Numbered from the stretch's first letter, positions 8,321 to 18,529 are shown. The stretch is 64,000 nt of DNA from Elusimicrobiota bacterium (GCA_033875325.1 JANRKA010000084.1:4716-68715); one strand, 5' to 3'. The notes: generated by a model from the letters alone, not told the origin. Numbers and translations are program-made.

Positions 8321-9207
8321 GCCTTCCTCCTCGTCATCTCGAAGAGGTTCGTCGCCTGGCCGCCGAGGAAGCCCTCGAAGCGGCGGCCGTCGATGAGCGG
8401 GCGCTCGGCCAGCTCGAAGTAGGCGTAGGTCCAAGGCGCGCGCACGGTCTTGCGGCCCGCGCGCATCTCGGTGGGCAGGACGACGGCCTCGGTGGAGGAC
8501 TGGCGCAAGCGCGAGCCCGGCTCGCCCTCGATGGCGGGCTTCATGGGCACGCCGGCGGCCTTGAGCGCGGCGACGGTCTTCTCGATGTCGCCGAGAGCGT
8601 CCACCCCGTGCGCGTGGATGGCCGAGGTGAAGTGGTTGACCGCGTGGCCGTGCAGCAGCACCCAGGCGCCGAACTGCGACTCGCGCTCCAGGGCTTCGGC
8701 GTCGCTCCGGGCGGGGGCGGGCCACGGGCGGCCGAAGTGGGCGACGAGGCGGCCGCCGAGGGCCTTGGCCCGCGGGGCGGGCAGGGCGTCGGCGCGGGCC
8801 AGCTCGGCCAGGTCGCCGTCGGACAACGCTCCGCGCGCCTTGGACGCGGCCGCGAGAGCGATGCGGCGGCCGGCGGGGCTCAGCTCCCAGACGCGCAGCT
8901 CGGAGACGAAGACCTTGGGCAGCTCCGGCGACGGCGGCGCGAAGTGGACGGAGGTGAGTCTCTTGTCCGGGAAGTCGTAGGCCGCGGCCGCGCGCCAGCC
9001 GAGCGCCTCGAAGGGACGCGACAGGGCGGCGATGCCGGACCAGGGGTTCTGGGCGGCGAAGGTGCGGAAGGCGACGTGGTCGTTCTGGAAGACGCCGCCG
9101 TGGCGCGCGACCAGCTCTTGATAGACGCGAGCGTACGAGACGCGCTCGCGGTAGCGCTCCCACAGCGCGTCGAAGAGACGCCGCGCGAAGGCGTGCTTGT
9201 CGGCCAT
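8317..9207 (-). CDS. DUF1338 family protein (HglS/YdcJ-like 2-oxoacid dioxygenase/decarboxylase fold)
   Basis: This is the last 296 codons of track ORF 8317..13314, starting at MADKHAFARRLFDALWERY. It has the family-typical blocks NDHVAFRTF, HLTSAIHAHG-like (NHFTSAIHAHG) and YAYFELAER. TAGAAT lies 7 nt upstream of the ATG. Confidence 0.65.
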   Translation of the reverse strand: MADKHAFARRLFDALWERYRERVSYARVYQELVARHGGVFQNDHVAFRTFAAQNPWSGIAALSRPFEALGWRAAAAYDFPDKRLTSVHFAPPSPELPKVFVSELRVWELSPAGRRIALAAASKARGALSDGDLAELARADALPAPRAKALGGRLVAHFGRPWPAPARSDAEALERESQFGAWVLLHGHAVNHFTSAIHAHGVDALGDIEKTVAALKAAGVPMKPAIEGEPGSRLRQSSTEAVVLPTEMRAGRKTVRAPWTYAYFELAERPLIDGRRFEGFLGGQATNLFEMTRRKA

Positions 9208-9245
9208 GCGGCCGATTCTACCAGAATCGCCCGCGGGCGCGCCCG

Positions 9246-11633
9246 TCAGGGGAGGGGATGCAGGTCGAACGCGCGCCGCAGGGCGGCGATGCGGCGCCGC
9301 TCCTCCGGGCGCAGCGGCGCGCGCCGCTCGCGCAGGTGCCGCGCCAAGAGGAGCGGGGAGCCGGGCTCCAGCCGGCGCGCCTCGTCGAACCAGCGCAGCA
9401 GGCCGCTGGAGCGGTCGAGGAAGAACGCGCGCGGGGCGAGGAACTCGAGCCAGGGGAAGCGGTCCTCGTGCAGGCGTCCCTCGCCGGCGAGCACGCGGGC
9501 GAGCCCGTCCGACTGGGACTGCAGGGCGAGCAATGTCGGCAAGGCGTCCACGCCCAGCTCCGCGAGCTGCTCGCGCACGCCGGGGCGCGCCAGCGCCGCG
9601 GCGGACGCGGCCAGGTCCGGCGCGAGCGGCTGCTCCGCGCCGATGAACAGGACGTCGCCCGGCGCGGCGTGCCACACCGTCACGTGCGGGAAGGCCGCCG
9701 CGAAGGTCCGCAGCGCCATGCGGACCGACTCGTCGTCCATCTCGTAGAGGTGGAACCACTGGGTCATCAGGCCGCCGGGCGCCAGGCGCCCGCGCGCGGC
9801 GCGGTAGAACTCCAGGGTGAACAGGCCGGCCTCGCCCGCGACCCAGGGGTTCGAGGGCTGGCTGATGATGGCGTCCCAGCGCCGGCCCGCGCCGGCGAGG
9901 GTCGCGCGCGCGTCGCCGACGACGAGCGCGGAACGCGGGTCGTCGAGCGGGGCGCCGCTCGCGTGGTCGAAGAAGCGTGACGCCTCGACCACGGCGGGGA
10001 CGATCTCGACGGTGTCGACGCGCTCCAGGGGGTGGCGCAGGGCCGCGCCGGTCGTCACGCCCGAGCCCAGGCCGATGACGAGCGCGGTCCTGGCGTCCGG
10101 CCGCAGGACGAGCGGCAGGTGCGCGAGCAGGCGCTGCGTGGCCATGTCCGGGCCGTCGGAGGCGTCGGTCTTGCCGTTGACCTTGAGGAACAGCCGTCCG
10201 CTGGGCTCGCGCACGACGGCGACGGAGGCGTCGCGGTCGTCGCGGTAGAAGGGCAGGGATTTCTCCGCGAGGGCCGCGCGCACCTGCGCCCAGGCCGGAG
10301 CCGGACCGGGCTGGCGGCGATAACCGCCCAACGAGAGCAGGCGAGGGTCCCAAGGGGAGAGCGACGCCGACGCCGCGAGCGCCAACGCCGCGAGCGCGCC
10401 CGCGCGGCGGCGGTCCGGGCCCGGCAGGACCGCGACGGCCGCCGCGGCGTTGGCGGCGGCGCCGAGCAGCAGCAGGCCGCGCAGTCCGAGCAGAGGCAAC
10501 AGCCACAGCGGGGCGAGCGCGGCCGTCACGGTGCCGAGCGTGTTCGCGGCGAAGACCCGGCCCGTCGCCGCGGCGCGCCCGGCGCCGGGCAGGAGGCGCG
10601 CGGCCAGCGGCAGGGCCGCGCCGAGGCAGAAGGCGGGCGCGGCCATGACCGCCAGGCAGAAGGCGAACTGGCCGGCCTGGTACGCCGGGAGGTAGGCGGG
10701 CTCGCGCGGCACGAGCGCGCCGAAGCGCATGAAGGCGTAGGGCAGCAGCCCCCAGAGAGGCAGGCCCGCGAGCACGGCCAGGGTCGCGCCGAGCTGGAGC
10801 GCGCCGAAGAGGCGTCGCGGCCCGAGCGCGGGCAGCAGCCCGCGCGCGAGCGCGAAGCCGCCGGCGGCGACGCCCGCGATGAAGGCGGCGAGCATGAGGG
10901 CGAACGCGTGGGTCGAGCCGCCCAGCGTCAGCCCGAGCAGGCGCGTCCACGCCGCCTCGTAGGCCAGCGCGGCGAACCCGGAGGAGAAGACCGCGGCGTA
11001 GAGCGCGGCGCGCGGGACGCTCACGCCGGCGGCAGGCGCCGCGGGCGCGTCCTGCGCGGGGGCGCGCGCCGCCAGACGCGGGGCGAGCAGCCCCGCCGCG
11101 GCGGAGAGGCAGGCGCCGGAGAGCACGGCCAGGTCGGCGCCGACGGCCGGCAGCAGCACCATCGTCGCGGCGAGCGCGCCCGTCGCGGCGCCCGCGCTGT
11201 TGACGAAGTACAGCCACGAGAGGTCCTTCTCCCAACGCTCGCCGCGGGCGCGCCAGGACACGAGCGCGGGCAAGGTGCCGCCCATGAGGAACGCGGGCCC
11301 GCCGACGGCGAGCGCCGCGAGCGCCAGGCGCGGGGCGCCGGAGGGGACCCCGGCGAGGAGGGGGAGGGCGAACACGCTCAGAGTCGCGCAGGCCGCCACG
11401 GACAACTCCAGGCGCGCGAACAGGCCGAGGGGGTCGCGGCTGCGCTGCGCGACGGCGCCGAGGCGGGCGTTGCCCAGCGCGAGCCCGCCGAGGAAGGAGG
11501 CCAGCACCGCGGCCTGCGCCAACGCCGTGCTGCCCAGCGAGACCGCGAGCGCGCGCGCCCAGAGCACCTCGTAGACGAGCCCCGCGGCGCCCGACGCGAA
11601 CAGCAGGAGGTCCAGCACCTCCGGATAGTACAA
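9246..11633 (-). CDS. Membrane-fused spermidine-synthase-like (aminopropyl/methyl-transferase fold) protein
   Basis: About 450 aa of MFS-like TM helices (LLFASGAAGLVYEVLWAR...) are followed by the spermidine-synthase block VIGLGSGVTTGA ... VEIVPAVV ... WDAIISQPSNPW and a C-terminal extension. Track start 11633 is TTG. An alternative GTG start at 11618 has TACTAT 6 nt upstream. Confidence 0.75.
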   Translation of the reverse strand: MYYPEVLDLLLFASGAAGLVYEVLWARALAVSLGSTALAQAAVLASFLGGLALGNARLGAVAQRSRDPLGLFARLELSVAACATLSVFALPLLAGVPSGAPRLALAALAVGGPAFLMGGTLPALVSWRARGERWEKDLSWLYFVNSAGAATGALAATMVLLPAVGADLAVLSGACLSAAAGLLAPRLAARAPAQDAPAAPAAGVSVPRAALYAAVFSSGFAALAYEAAWTRLLGLTLGGSTHAFALMLAAFIAGVAAGGFALARGLLPALGPRRLFGALQLGATLAVLAGLPLWGLLPYAFMRFGALVPREPAYLPAYQAGQFAFCLAVMAAPAFCLGAALPLAARLLPGAGRAAATGRVFAANTLGTVTAALAPLWLLPLLGLRGLLLLGAAANAAAAVAVLPGPDRRRAGALAALALAASASLSPWDPRLLSLGGYRRQPGPAPAWAQVRAALAEKSLPFYRDDRDASVAVVREPSGRLFLKVNGKTDASDGPDMATQRLLAHLPLVLRPDARTALVIGLGSGVTTGAALRHPLERVDTVEIVPAVVEASRFFDHASGAPLDDPRSALVVGDARATLAGAGRRWDAIISQPSNPWVAGEAGLFTLEFYRAARGRLAPGGLMTQWFHLYEMDDESVRMALRTFAAAFPHVTVWHAAPGDVLFIGAEQPLAPDLAASAAALARPGVREQLAELGVDALPTLLALQSQSDGLARVLAGEGRLHEDRFPWLEFLAPRAFFLDRSSGLLRWFDEARRLEPGSPLLLARHLRERRAPLRPEERRRIAALRRAFDLHPLP

Positions 11634-11634
11634 T
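11625..11634. promoter_or_regulatory. Overlapping divergent -10 boxes (TACTAT on minus, TACAAT on plus)
   Basis: atagtacaat: plus-strand TACAAT (11629-11634) lies 6 nt before ATG 11641, and minus-strand TACTAT (11630-11625) lies 6 nt before GTG 11618. Confidence 0.45.
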
Positions 11635-11640
11635 CTTCCG

Positions 11641-12738
11641 ATGGCCCGGCTCCCGCGCGTCGTCTTCGCCGTGTCGGGGCACGGCTACGGCCATGCCACG
11701 CGTTCCGCGCTGCTGCTCGAGCGCCTGGCCGCGGCCGTCCCGGTCGAGGCGTTCGTGCGCAGCAGCGCGCCCGCGCGCCTCTTCGCGGGGACGGGGGCCG
11801 CGCTCTCGGCCGGCGACGACGAGCCGCCGCTGCTGCAGCGCGGCGGGCTCGAGGTGGACTGGGAGGGCTCCCTGCGCGCGCATCAGCAGGCTCTCGCGCG
11901 TCGCCCGGCGGCGGTCGCGGCGGAGGCGGCCTGGCTGGCCGGCGTCCGCCCGGACCTGGTGCTCAGCGACGCGTCCTCGCTCGCCTGCGAGGCCGCCGCG
12001 AAGGCGGGCGTGCCCTGTCGCCTGTTCTCCAACTTCACCTGGGATTGGGTCCTGGGCGAGCGCGCCAAGGCCGACCCGCGTTGGCTGCCGGTCGCGGGCC
12101 GCTTGGCCGAGGCCTACGCCTGCGCCGCCGGGGCGTGGCGGCTGCCCGGCAGCGGAGGGTTCGCCACGGTCCGGTCCGTCGAGGACGCGCCCTTGGTCGC
12201 GCGTCGCTCGCGCCTCGAACGCGCGGCGGCGCGCGCGGCGCTCGGCGTGCCCGCCGACGGCAAGCCGCTCGTGCTGGTGAGTTTCGGCGGCTTCGGCGCG
12301 ACGCTGCCGCGCCTGGGCGCCCCGGGGCTCGACGCCTACCGCTTCGCGGGTTTCGGCCCCAAGCCCGCGGGCCTGGCGGCGCAGTGGACCGAGCTCGACG
12401 CGAGCCCGGCGTCGCCTCATGCCGAAGCCGTCGCGGCCTGCGACGCCATCGTCTGCAAGCCGGGGTACGGGACCTTCGCCGAGGCCGCGGCCCACGGCGC
12501 GCGGGTGTTGTTCGTGGACCGTCCCGATTACGCCGAGGCCGCCGCGCTCACCGGCTGGCTGCGCGGCGTCGCGGCGTGCCGCGAGCTGCCGCGAGGCGAC
12601 TTCGAGGAGGGCCGTTGGGCCGCGCACCTCGACGCCCTGTTGAGCCGGCCCGCGCCGCCGCCGGTCCCCGCCGCGGGCGCGGACGCCGTGGCCGTGCGCG
12701 TGCGCGCGCTGCTCGGTCAGCCGAACAGGTCGCCCTGA
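11641..12738 (+). CDS. GT-B fold glycosyltransferase (MurG/GT28-GT1-like)
   Basis: The N-terminal FAVSGHGYGHATRS loop and the C-terminal ACDAIVCKPGYGTFAEAAAHGARVLFV are typical of MurG-like GT-B enzymes. Confidence 0.6.
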   Translation: MARLPRVVFAVSGHGYGHATRSALLLERLAAAVPVEAFVRSSAPARLFAGTGAALSAGDDEPPLLQRGGLEVDWEGSLRAHQQALARRPAAVAAEAAWLAGVRPDLVLSDASSLACEAAAKAGVPCRLFSNFTWDWVLGERAKADPRWLPVAGRLAEAYACAAGAWRLPGSGGFATVRSVEDAPLVARRSRLERAAARAALGVPADGKPLVLVSFGGFGATLPRLGAPGLDAYRFAGFGPKPAGLAAQWTELDASPASPHAEAVAACDAIVCKPGYGTFAEAAAHGARVLFVDRPDYAEAAALTGWLRGVAACRELPRGDFEEGRWAAHLDALLSRPAPPPVPAAGADAVAVRVRALLGQPNRSP

Positions 12739-13316
12739 GGCGAGGCCTCGTCGTGGCGGCAGGAAAGGCGCTCGGCCGGGTAGGGCCGCAGCAGCTCGGC
12801 CAGCCGCGACGGCGGCGTCTTGGGGTCGAGCCACGCCGCCTCGTCTCCCGGCGCGAGCAGCGCGGGCATGCGGTCGTGGATGGCGCGCACGAGGGCGTTG
12901 GGCTCGACCGTGACGACGGCGAAGCAGCCCGGTTCCCAGACGCCCGCGAAGGCGAACAGCGCCCCGTCGGCCAGCGCGAGCCGGCGCGGGGACTTGTCGG
13001 CGCCGCGCTTGGGACGCTCGAGCCAGGCCGCGGCCGGCACGAGGCAGCGGCGCAGGCGGAACGCGTCCCGGAAGTACGGCTTGTCGGCCAGCGACTCGGC
13101 GCGGGCGTTGGGCGCGGTCTTCGCGTCCTCGCCGGCCCATGAGGGCTTGAGCCCGAAGCGCAGCAGGCTGAAGCGGCGCTCCGGGGCCGCGATGAGCACG
13201 GGCGCCGCGGTCCCGACGACGACGCCGGCCGCCGGCGTCCAGCCCGGGGGCGGACTCGCGCCGAAGCGCTTGGTCAGCTGAGCGCCGGTGGCCTCCACGC
13301 GGTAGCTCGTGCACAT
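12717..13316 (-). CDS. SOS-response-associated peptidase (SRAP/YedK family)
   Basis: It starts MCTSY (catalytic Cys2) and its length and blocks (PVLIA...RFGL, AFAGVWE, RMPALL) fit SRAP. A perfect TATAAT lies 6 nt upstream of the ATG. Confidence 0.7.
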   Translation of the reverse strand: MCTSYRVEATGAQLTKRFGASPPPGWTPAAGVVVGTAAPVLIAAPERRFSLLRFGLKPSWAGEDAKTAPNARAESLADKPYFRDAFRLRRCLVPAAAWLERPKRGADKSPRRLALADGALFAFAGVWEPGCFAVVTVEPNALVRAIHDRMPALLAPGDEAAWLDPKTPPSRLAELLRPYPAERLSCRHDEASPQGDLFG

Positions 13317-13322
13317 GCCCCT

Positions 13323-13332
13323 ATTATAGAAT
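13323..13332. promoter_or_regulatory. Overlapping divergent -10 boxes (TATAAT on minus, TAGAAT on plus)
   Basis: attatagaat lies in a 22-bp intergenic gap. Minus-strand TATAAT lies 6 nt before ATG 13316, and plus-strand TAGAAT lies 6 nt before ATG 13339. Confidence 0.5.
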
Positions 13333-13338
13333 GCGGCG

Positions 13339-14778
13339 ATGTCCGCCCGTCCCGACCTTTCGCGCCGCGCCTGCGGCGTGTTGCTGCACCCGACCTCCCT
13401 GCCCTCCGCGCGCGGCGGGGCGCTGGGCCCGCGCGCGCGGGAGTTCGCGGACTTCCTCGCCGACTGCGGCCAGACCTGGTGGCAGATGCTGCCCGTCTGC
13501 CCGCCCGACGAGACCGGGTCGCCCTACGCCTCGCCGTCCGGCTTCGCGGGCGACCCGGCGCTGGCGGGGACGCCGCGCGCGCTGCGCGAGGAGCAGGCCC
13601 GCCTCAAGGACGGCCCGAAGGAGGAGCGCGACGACTACGCGCTGTTCCGCGAGCGGGAGAAGGCCTGGCTGGAGGACCACGCGCTGTTCTTCGCGCTGAA
13701 GGCCGCGCACAAAGGCCGCCCGTGGACGGCGTGGGCCGCGGACCTGCGGCGGCGCGAGCCTGAGTCCTTGGCGCGCGCCTCGCGCGAGCTGCGCGTCGAG
13801 GTCGAGCGGCACGCGTTCGCTCAATGGGCCTTCCAGCGGCGTTGGAGCGCGCTGCGGCGCCACGCCGCCTCGCGCGGCGTGGGCCTGATCGGCGACCTGC
13901 CCATCTATCCGCGCCACGACAGCGCCGACGTCTGGGCGCGCCAGGACCTCTTCCAGCTCGACGCCGACGGGCGCCCGCTCGCGGTGGCCGGCGTGCCGCC
14001 GGACTACTTCTCCGCGGACGGGCAGTTGTGGGGCAACCCGCTGTACGCGTGGGAGCGCCACCTCCAGACCGGCTTCGACTGGTGGCTGGCGCGCCTGCGG
14101 ACGGTGGCCGAGCGCTTCGACGCGGTGCGCCTCGACCACTTCATCGGCTTCCGCCGCTACTGGGAGGTCCCCGCCGGCGCCGAGAACGCCCGCGGCGGGC
14201 GCTGGGTGGAGGCGCCGGGCGACGCGCTCTTCGAGGCGGTGACGCGCGCCCTGCCGGACCTCGGCATCCTGGCCGAGGACCTCGGCTCGGTCACGCCCGA
14301 GGTCCACGCCTTGCGCGACCGCTTCGGCTTCCCGGGCATGCGCCTGGGCCAGTTCTCCTTCGGGAGCGGGCTCGAGGACCGGCCGTCGCGCTGGCCCGAG
14401 GCCTGCGTCGCCTACACCGGCACGCACGACAACGACACGACGCGCGGCTGGTACGAGGACGACGGCAGCGCCAACAACCTGCGGCCCGCGCAGGCCGTCG
14501 CGCGCGAGCGCGGCGCCTTCCACGAGGAGGCCGGCGGCGCCCCCGCCGACCCGGCCTGGGCGATGGTGCGCCTGGTCTGGCGCTCGCCCGCGCGCCTGGC
14601 GCTCGCGCCGATGCAGGACCTGCTCAGCCTCCCGGGCTCGGCGCGGATGAACCGCCCGGGCACGACGACGGGCAACTGGTCGTGGCGCATGGACCCCGGC
14701 GCGCTGACCGCGTCCCTGGCGGGACGGCTGGGGCTGCTCACCGGCGCGTCCGGGCGCGCGCGCGAGGGCGCGTGCTGA
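13339..14778 (+). CDS. malQ: 4-alpha-glucanotransferase (amylomaltase, GH77)
   Basis: Family blocks [41 protein letters not shown] and YTGTHDNDT are present. Confidence 0.9.
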   Translation: MSARPDLSRRACGVLLHPTSLPSARGGALGPRAREFADFLADCGQTWWQMLPVCPPDETGSPYASPSGFAGDPALAGTPRALREEQARLKDGPKEERDDYALFREREKAWLEDHALFFALKAAHKGRPWTAWAADLRRREPESLARASRELRVEVERHAFAQWAFQRRWSALRRHAASRGVGLIGDLPIYPRHDSADVWARQDLFQLDADGRPLAVAGVPPDYFSADGQLWGNPLYAWERHLQTGFDWWLARLRTVAERFDAVRLDHFIGFRRYWEVPAGAENARGGRWVEAPGDALFEAVTRALPDLGILAEDLGSVTPEVHALRDRFGFPGMRLGQFSFGSGLEDRPSRWPEACVAYTGTHDNDTTRGWYEDDGSANNLRPAQAVARERGAFHEEAGGAPADPAWAMVRLVWRSPARLALAPMQDLLSLPGSARMNRPGTTTGNWSWRMDPGALTASLAGRLGLLTGASGRAREGAC

Positions 14779-16640
14779 CCGACCTCGACCTGCACCTCTT
14801 CAACGAAGGCACCCACCTGCGCCTGTGGGAGAAGCTCGGGGCCCACCTCGAGGCGGGCGGCGCCCGCTTCGCGGTCTGGGCGCCGGCGGCCAAGAAGGTC
14901 CACGTGATGGGCGACTTCAACGGCTGGGCCAAGACCAAACACGCGCTCAAGCCGCGCGGCTCCTCCGGCATCTGGGAGGGCTTCGTCCCGGGCGTGGCCG
15001 AAGGCGCTCTCTACAAATACCGCGTCACCGGCCCGGACGGCGGCAAACACGAGAAGGCCGACCCGGTCGGCTTCCGTCACGAGGAGCCTCCACGCACCGC
15101 GTCGGTGGTGTGGGGCCTCGACTACGAGTGGCGCGACGCCGAATGGATGGCGGGCCGCGCCGCGCGCAACGCGCTGGCCGCGCCGCAGTCCATCTATGAG
15201 GTCCACCTGGGTTCCTGGCGGCGCATGCCCGAGGAGGGCGGCCGCTCGCTGAACTACCGCGAGCTGGCGCCCAAACTCGTCGAACACGCCAAGCGGCTCG
15301 GCTTCACGCACGTGGAGCTGATGCCGGTGATGGAGCACCCCTTCTACGGCTCCTGGGGTTATCAGACCACGGGCTACTACGCGCCGACCGCGCGCTACGG
15401 GACGCCCCAGGACTTCATGTTCCTCATCGACGAGCTCCACCGCGAGGGCATCGGCGTCATCCTCGACTGGGTGCCCAGCCACTTCCCCAACGACGCGCAC
15501 GGTCTCGCGTGTTTCGACGGCACCCACCTCTACGAGCACGCCGACCCGCGCCAAGGCTTCCACCCGGACTGGAAAAGCGCCATCTTCAACTACGGCCGCG
15601 ACGAGGTGCGCGCGTTCCTCGTCTCCAACGCCTTGTTCTGGCTGGAGAAGTACCACGCCGACGGCCTGCGCGTGGACGCGGTCGCCTCCATGCTCTACCT
15701 CGACTACTCGCGCCGGGAGGGGGAATGGGTCCCCAACCGCCATGGCGGGCGCGAGAACCTCGAGGCCATCGCGTTCCTCAAGACGCTCAACACCGAGGTC
15801 TACAAGGCCTTCCCCGGCGTCCAGACCTACGCCGAGGAGAGCACCGCTTGGGCCGGCGTGTCCAAACCCGTCTACACGGGCGGACTGGGCTTCGGCTTGA
15901 AGTGGGACATGGGCTGGATGCACGACACGCTCAAGTACTTCCGCAAGGACCCCGTCCACCGCAAGTACCACCAGAACGACGTCACCTTCCGCGCCATCTA
16001 CCAGTTCCACGAGAACTTCGTCATGCCGCTGTCCCACGACGAGGTGGTGCACGGCAAAGGCTCGCTGCTCGAGCCCATGCCCGGCGACGACTGGCGCAAG
16101 TTCGCGGGCCTGCGTCAGCTCTACGCCTGGCAGTGGGCGCTCCCCGGCAAGAAGCTCCTCTTCATGGGGGGGGAGCTGGCCCAACGGCGCGAGTGGAGCC
16201 ATGAGTCCTCGCTGGACTGGCACCTGCTCGAGCACGAGAGCCACAAGGGCGTGATGCGCTGGGTGGAGCGCCTCAACCGCGTGTACCGCTCGGAGCGCGC
16301 CCTCCACGAGTTGGACTGCGACCCCGCCGGCTTCGAGTGGATCGACGCCGCCGACGCGGACAACTGCGTCGTCTCCTTCCTGCGCAAGGGCCGCGACGCG
16401 GCCGACGCCGTGGTCTGCGTGTTCAACTTCACGCCCGTGCCCCGCGCCGGCTACCGCGTCGGCGTGCCCGCGCCGGGTTGGTGGGAGGAGCTCGCCTGCT
16501 CCGACGCCTCCGAGTTCTGGGGCTCCGGCAAGACCACCCCCGGCGGCGGCGCGAAGGCCTCCAAGACCCCTTGGCACGGCCGCCCCTTCTCCATCGAGCT
16601 GACCTTGCCCCCGCTCGGCGCCGTCTTCCTCAAGGCATAA
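14772..16640 (+). CDS. glgB: 1,4-alpha-glucan branching enzyme (GH13)
   Basis: GTG 14772 is in the frame of track ORF 13824..16640 and overlaps the malQ end. Blocks [41 protein letters not shown] and [10 protein letters not shown] are present. Confidence 0.9.
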   Translation: MLTDLDLHLFNEGTHLRLWEKLGAHLEAGGARFAVWAPAAKKVHVMGDFNGWAKTKHALKPRGSSGIWEGFVPGVAEGALYKYRVTGPDGGKHEKADPVGFRHEEPPRTASVVWGLDYEWRDAEWMAGRAARNALAAPQSIYEVHLGSWRRMPEEGGRSLNYRELAPKLVEHAKRLGFTHVELMPVMEHPFYGSWGYQTTGYYAPTARYGTPQDFMFLIDELHREGIGVILDWVPSHFPNDAHGLACFDGTHLYEHADPRQGFHPDWKSAIFNYGRDEVRAFLVSNALFWLEKYHADGLRVDAVASMLYLDYSRREGEWVPNRHGGRENLEAIAFLKTLNTEVYKAFPGVQTYAEESTAWAGVSKPVYTGGLGFGLKWDMGWMHDTLKYFRKDPVHRKYHQNDVTFRAIYQFHENFVMPLSHDEVVHGKGSLLEPMPGDDWRKFAGLRQLYAWQWALPGKKLLFMGGELAQRREWSHESSLDWHLLEHESHKGVMRWVERLNRVYRSERALHELDCDPAGFEWIDAADADNCVVSFLRKGRDAADAVVCVFNFTPVPRAGYRVGVPAPGWWEELACSDASEFWGSGKTTPGGGAKASKTPWHGRPFSIELTLPPLGAVFLKA

Positions 16641-16649
16641 CAAAGGGAC

Positions 16650-16719
16650 ATAACAAAGGGGACAGGCACTTTGGTTATACCCGACGGGGTATAACCAAAG
16701 TGCCTGTCCCCTTTGTTAT
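16650..16719. repeat. REPIN (inverted REP doublet), likely bidirectional terminator
   Basis: Two perfect 30-bp arms, ataacaaaggggacaggcactttggttata (16650-16679) and its reverse complement (16690-16719), are separated by cccgacgggg. Partial half-copies flank them (16636-16649, 16720-16733). The element lies between convergent genes. Confidence 0.85.
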
Positions 16720-16734
16720 ATCCCCGTTGTTACG

Positions 16735-17454
16735 TCAGAAGCGGGTGGTGTAGGCGAGGCCGACTTGCTCGGAGGCGAGGCGGCCGCGGCGCAGGCCCCA
16801 GGCGGACTTCAGGGACAGGGGGGAGGAGCGGGGGGAGAGGCGCAGCTCGACGAGACGGCCCTCGCCGGAGCGGGCGGCGGAGGCGAGCGCGGAGCCGGCG
16901 GGGGAGTCGAGGTCCACGCGCACGGCGCCGGCGGTCCAGTCGGCGCGCAGGCCCGCGGCGTAGAGGTAGGCGCCGCCGAGCACGGTCGCGGAAGCGAGGA
17001 ACTCGGCGTCCCAGTTGCGCGGGTCCAAGGCGTAGCGGCCGCTGTCCTGACCGAAGCGCTCGAGCTCGTAGCGCGTCACCAAGGTGTCGGCCAGGGCGTC
17101 GGTCACGGCGGCGGTCTGGGCGGAAAGGGCGGTGTCGCGCCAGACGGCCAACGCGGCGGGGGTGGAGGCCTGGCCGAGGGGCCGGGCTTCGAGGATGCGC
17201 ACGCGGGCGCGGTCCTGGCGGCGGGCCATGCGCCGGGCGAACACCGCGTCGGAGGACGCCGCCGGCGTCGCGGACATGCGCCGGGAGAGGCGTCCCGGCA
17301 GCACCGCGGAGAACAGATGCCCGCGCATCAGGCCGTAGAACCGGTCGGCCACGCGCTCGAAGCCGCGGTACACCGGACGCGCCGCGTCCCAGTCATCCGC
17401 GCGGGCGGGACCCGCGAAAAAGAGAAGGAGGGCGGCGGCGAGCAGGTTCTTCAT
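16735..17454 (-). CDS. Secreted hypothetical protein, possible outer-membrane protein
   Basis: It has a signal peptide MKNLLAAALLLFFAGPARA and ends in ...AYTTRF (C-terminal aromatic residue as in OM beta-barrels). I recognise no family. Confidence 0.55.
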   Translation of the reverse strand: MKNLLAAALLLFFAGPARADDWDAARPVYRGFERVADRFYGLMRGHLFSAVLPGRLSRRMSATPAASSDAVFARRMARRQDRARVRILEARPLGQASTPAALAVWRDTALSAQTAAVTDALADTLVTRYELERFGQDSGRYALDPRNWDAEFLASATVLGGAYLYAAGLRADWTAGAVRVDLDSPAGSALASAARSGEGRLVELRLSPRSSPLSLKSAWGLRRGRLASEQVGLAYTTRF

Positions 17455-17605
17455 CCTTAATAAGAGGGTAGCCGGCGGCCCGCCTCCCGTCGGGGGCCTA
17501 TGGCGCCCGCCGGGGGTGGGCCCAAAGGCCCGGTCCCGTTTTTACCGTAACATTACCGTGTTGCGGCCTCATTACGGGGCGGTCGAATTTTGCTATTTTC
17601 ACCGG

Positions 17606-18376
17606 ATGAGACTCGCCCTCCTCGCCGCGCTTATGGCCGTCGCCGCAGCACCCGCCTCCGCCATCATCAAGACCCGGGCCGTGGAGTACAAACACGGCGA
17701 GGTCACGCTCTCCGGGTGGGCCGCCTGGGAGGACGGGTTCAAGGAGAAACGCCCGGGCGTCCTGGTCGTGCACGAGTGGTGGGGGCACGGGCCCTACGCG
17801 CGCAAACGCGCCGAGCAGCTCGCCAAGCAGGGCTACACCGCCTTCGCCCTCGACATGTACGGCAAAGGCGTGCTCGCCAAGGACCATGAGGAGGCCGGAA
17901 AACTCGCCGGCGCCTTCAACAACGACCGGCTCGCCATGCGCGAACGCGCGCTGGCCGGCCTGGCCGAGCTCAAGAAGCTGCCGTTCGTGGACCCGCAGCG
18001 CCTGGCCGCCATCGGCTACTGCTTCGGCGGCACGACCGTGCTCGAGCTCGCGCGCGCCGGGACCGATCTGAAGGGCGTGGCCAGCTTCCACGGCAACCTC
18101 GCGAGCCCGACTCCCGCGGCCGAGACGCCCAAGGCCAAGATACTGGTCCTGCACGGAGCCGACGACGGCTTCGTCAACGCGGCGCTGCCCGGCTTCGTCG
18201 AGGAGATGCGCAAGGTCAAGGCCGACTGGCAGCTCGTGCAGTACGGGGGCGCGGTGCACTCCTTCACGGTGCCCGAGGCCGGCAACGATCCGTCCAAGGG
18301 GATGGCCTACGACAAACGCGCCGACGAGCGCTCATGGAAGGCGCTGCTGGCCTTCTTCGAGGAACTTTTCCTCTAG
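17606..18376 (+). CDS. Dienelactone hydrolase family protein (secreted)
   Basis: I chose the internal ATG 17606 (MRLALLAALMAVAAAPASA signal), which has TATTTT 6 nt upstream. DLH blocks PGVLVVHEWWG, IGYCFGG and VLHGADD are present. Confidence 0.8.
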   Translation: MRLALLAALMAVAAAPASAIIKTRAVEYKHGEVTLSGWAAWEDGFKEKRPGVLVVHEWWGHGPYARKRAEQLAKQGYTAFALDMYGKGVLAKDHEEAGKLAGAFNNDRLAMRERALAGLAELKKLPFVDPQRLAAIGYCFGGTTVLELARAGTDLKGVASFHGNLASPTPAAETPKAKILVLHGADDGFVNAALPGFVEEMRKVKADWQLVQYGGAVHSFTVPEAGNDPSKGMAYDKRADERSWKALLAFFEELFL

Positions 18377-18529
18377 TCGGCGCGGCGAGCCGTCGCCGCT
18401 CGGACCCGCCTCATGGGTCCTAGGGCCCGAGCGAAAAAGGGCCAAATGCCGCTTGACCCTGAGGGCGCTTCGCGGTATGATATTTGCAAGGCCGCAAGCA
18501 ACAGCCGGACCAGACGTACCTGGAGGAGC

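Noticed and set aside
10032-13142. A 1036-aa plus-strand ORF. Similar long ORFs occur at 20342-22786, 40472-42709, 42034-45102, 26077-27744, 52102-54126 and 22963-24510.
   Set aside because: All have extreme Arg/Gly/Ala/Pro/Glu/His composition with no recognisable motifs, and each lies antisense or out of frame to a gene with clear family signatures.
8317-13314. A 1665-aa minus-strand ORF, the longest in the track.
   Set aside because: Only its last 296 codons (8317-9207, DUF1338-like) look like protein. The rest is Arg/Pro/Ala/Gly-rich and overlaps well-supported genes in other frames (spermidine-synthase-like, GT, SRAP). It is typical of a stop-poor shadow frame in GC-rich DNA.
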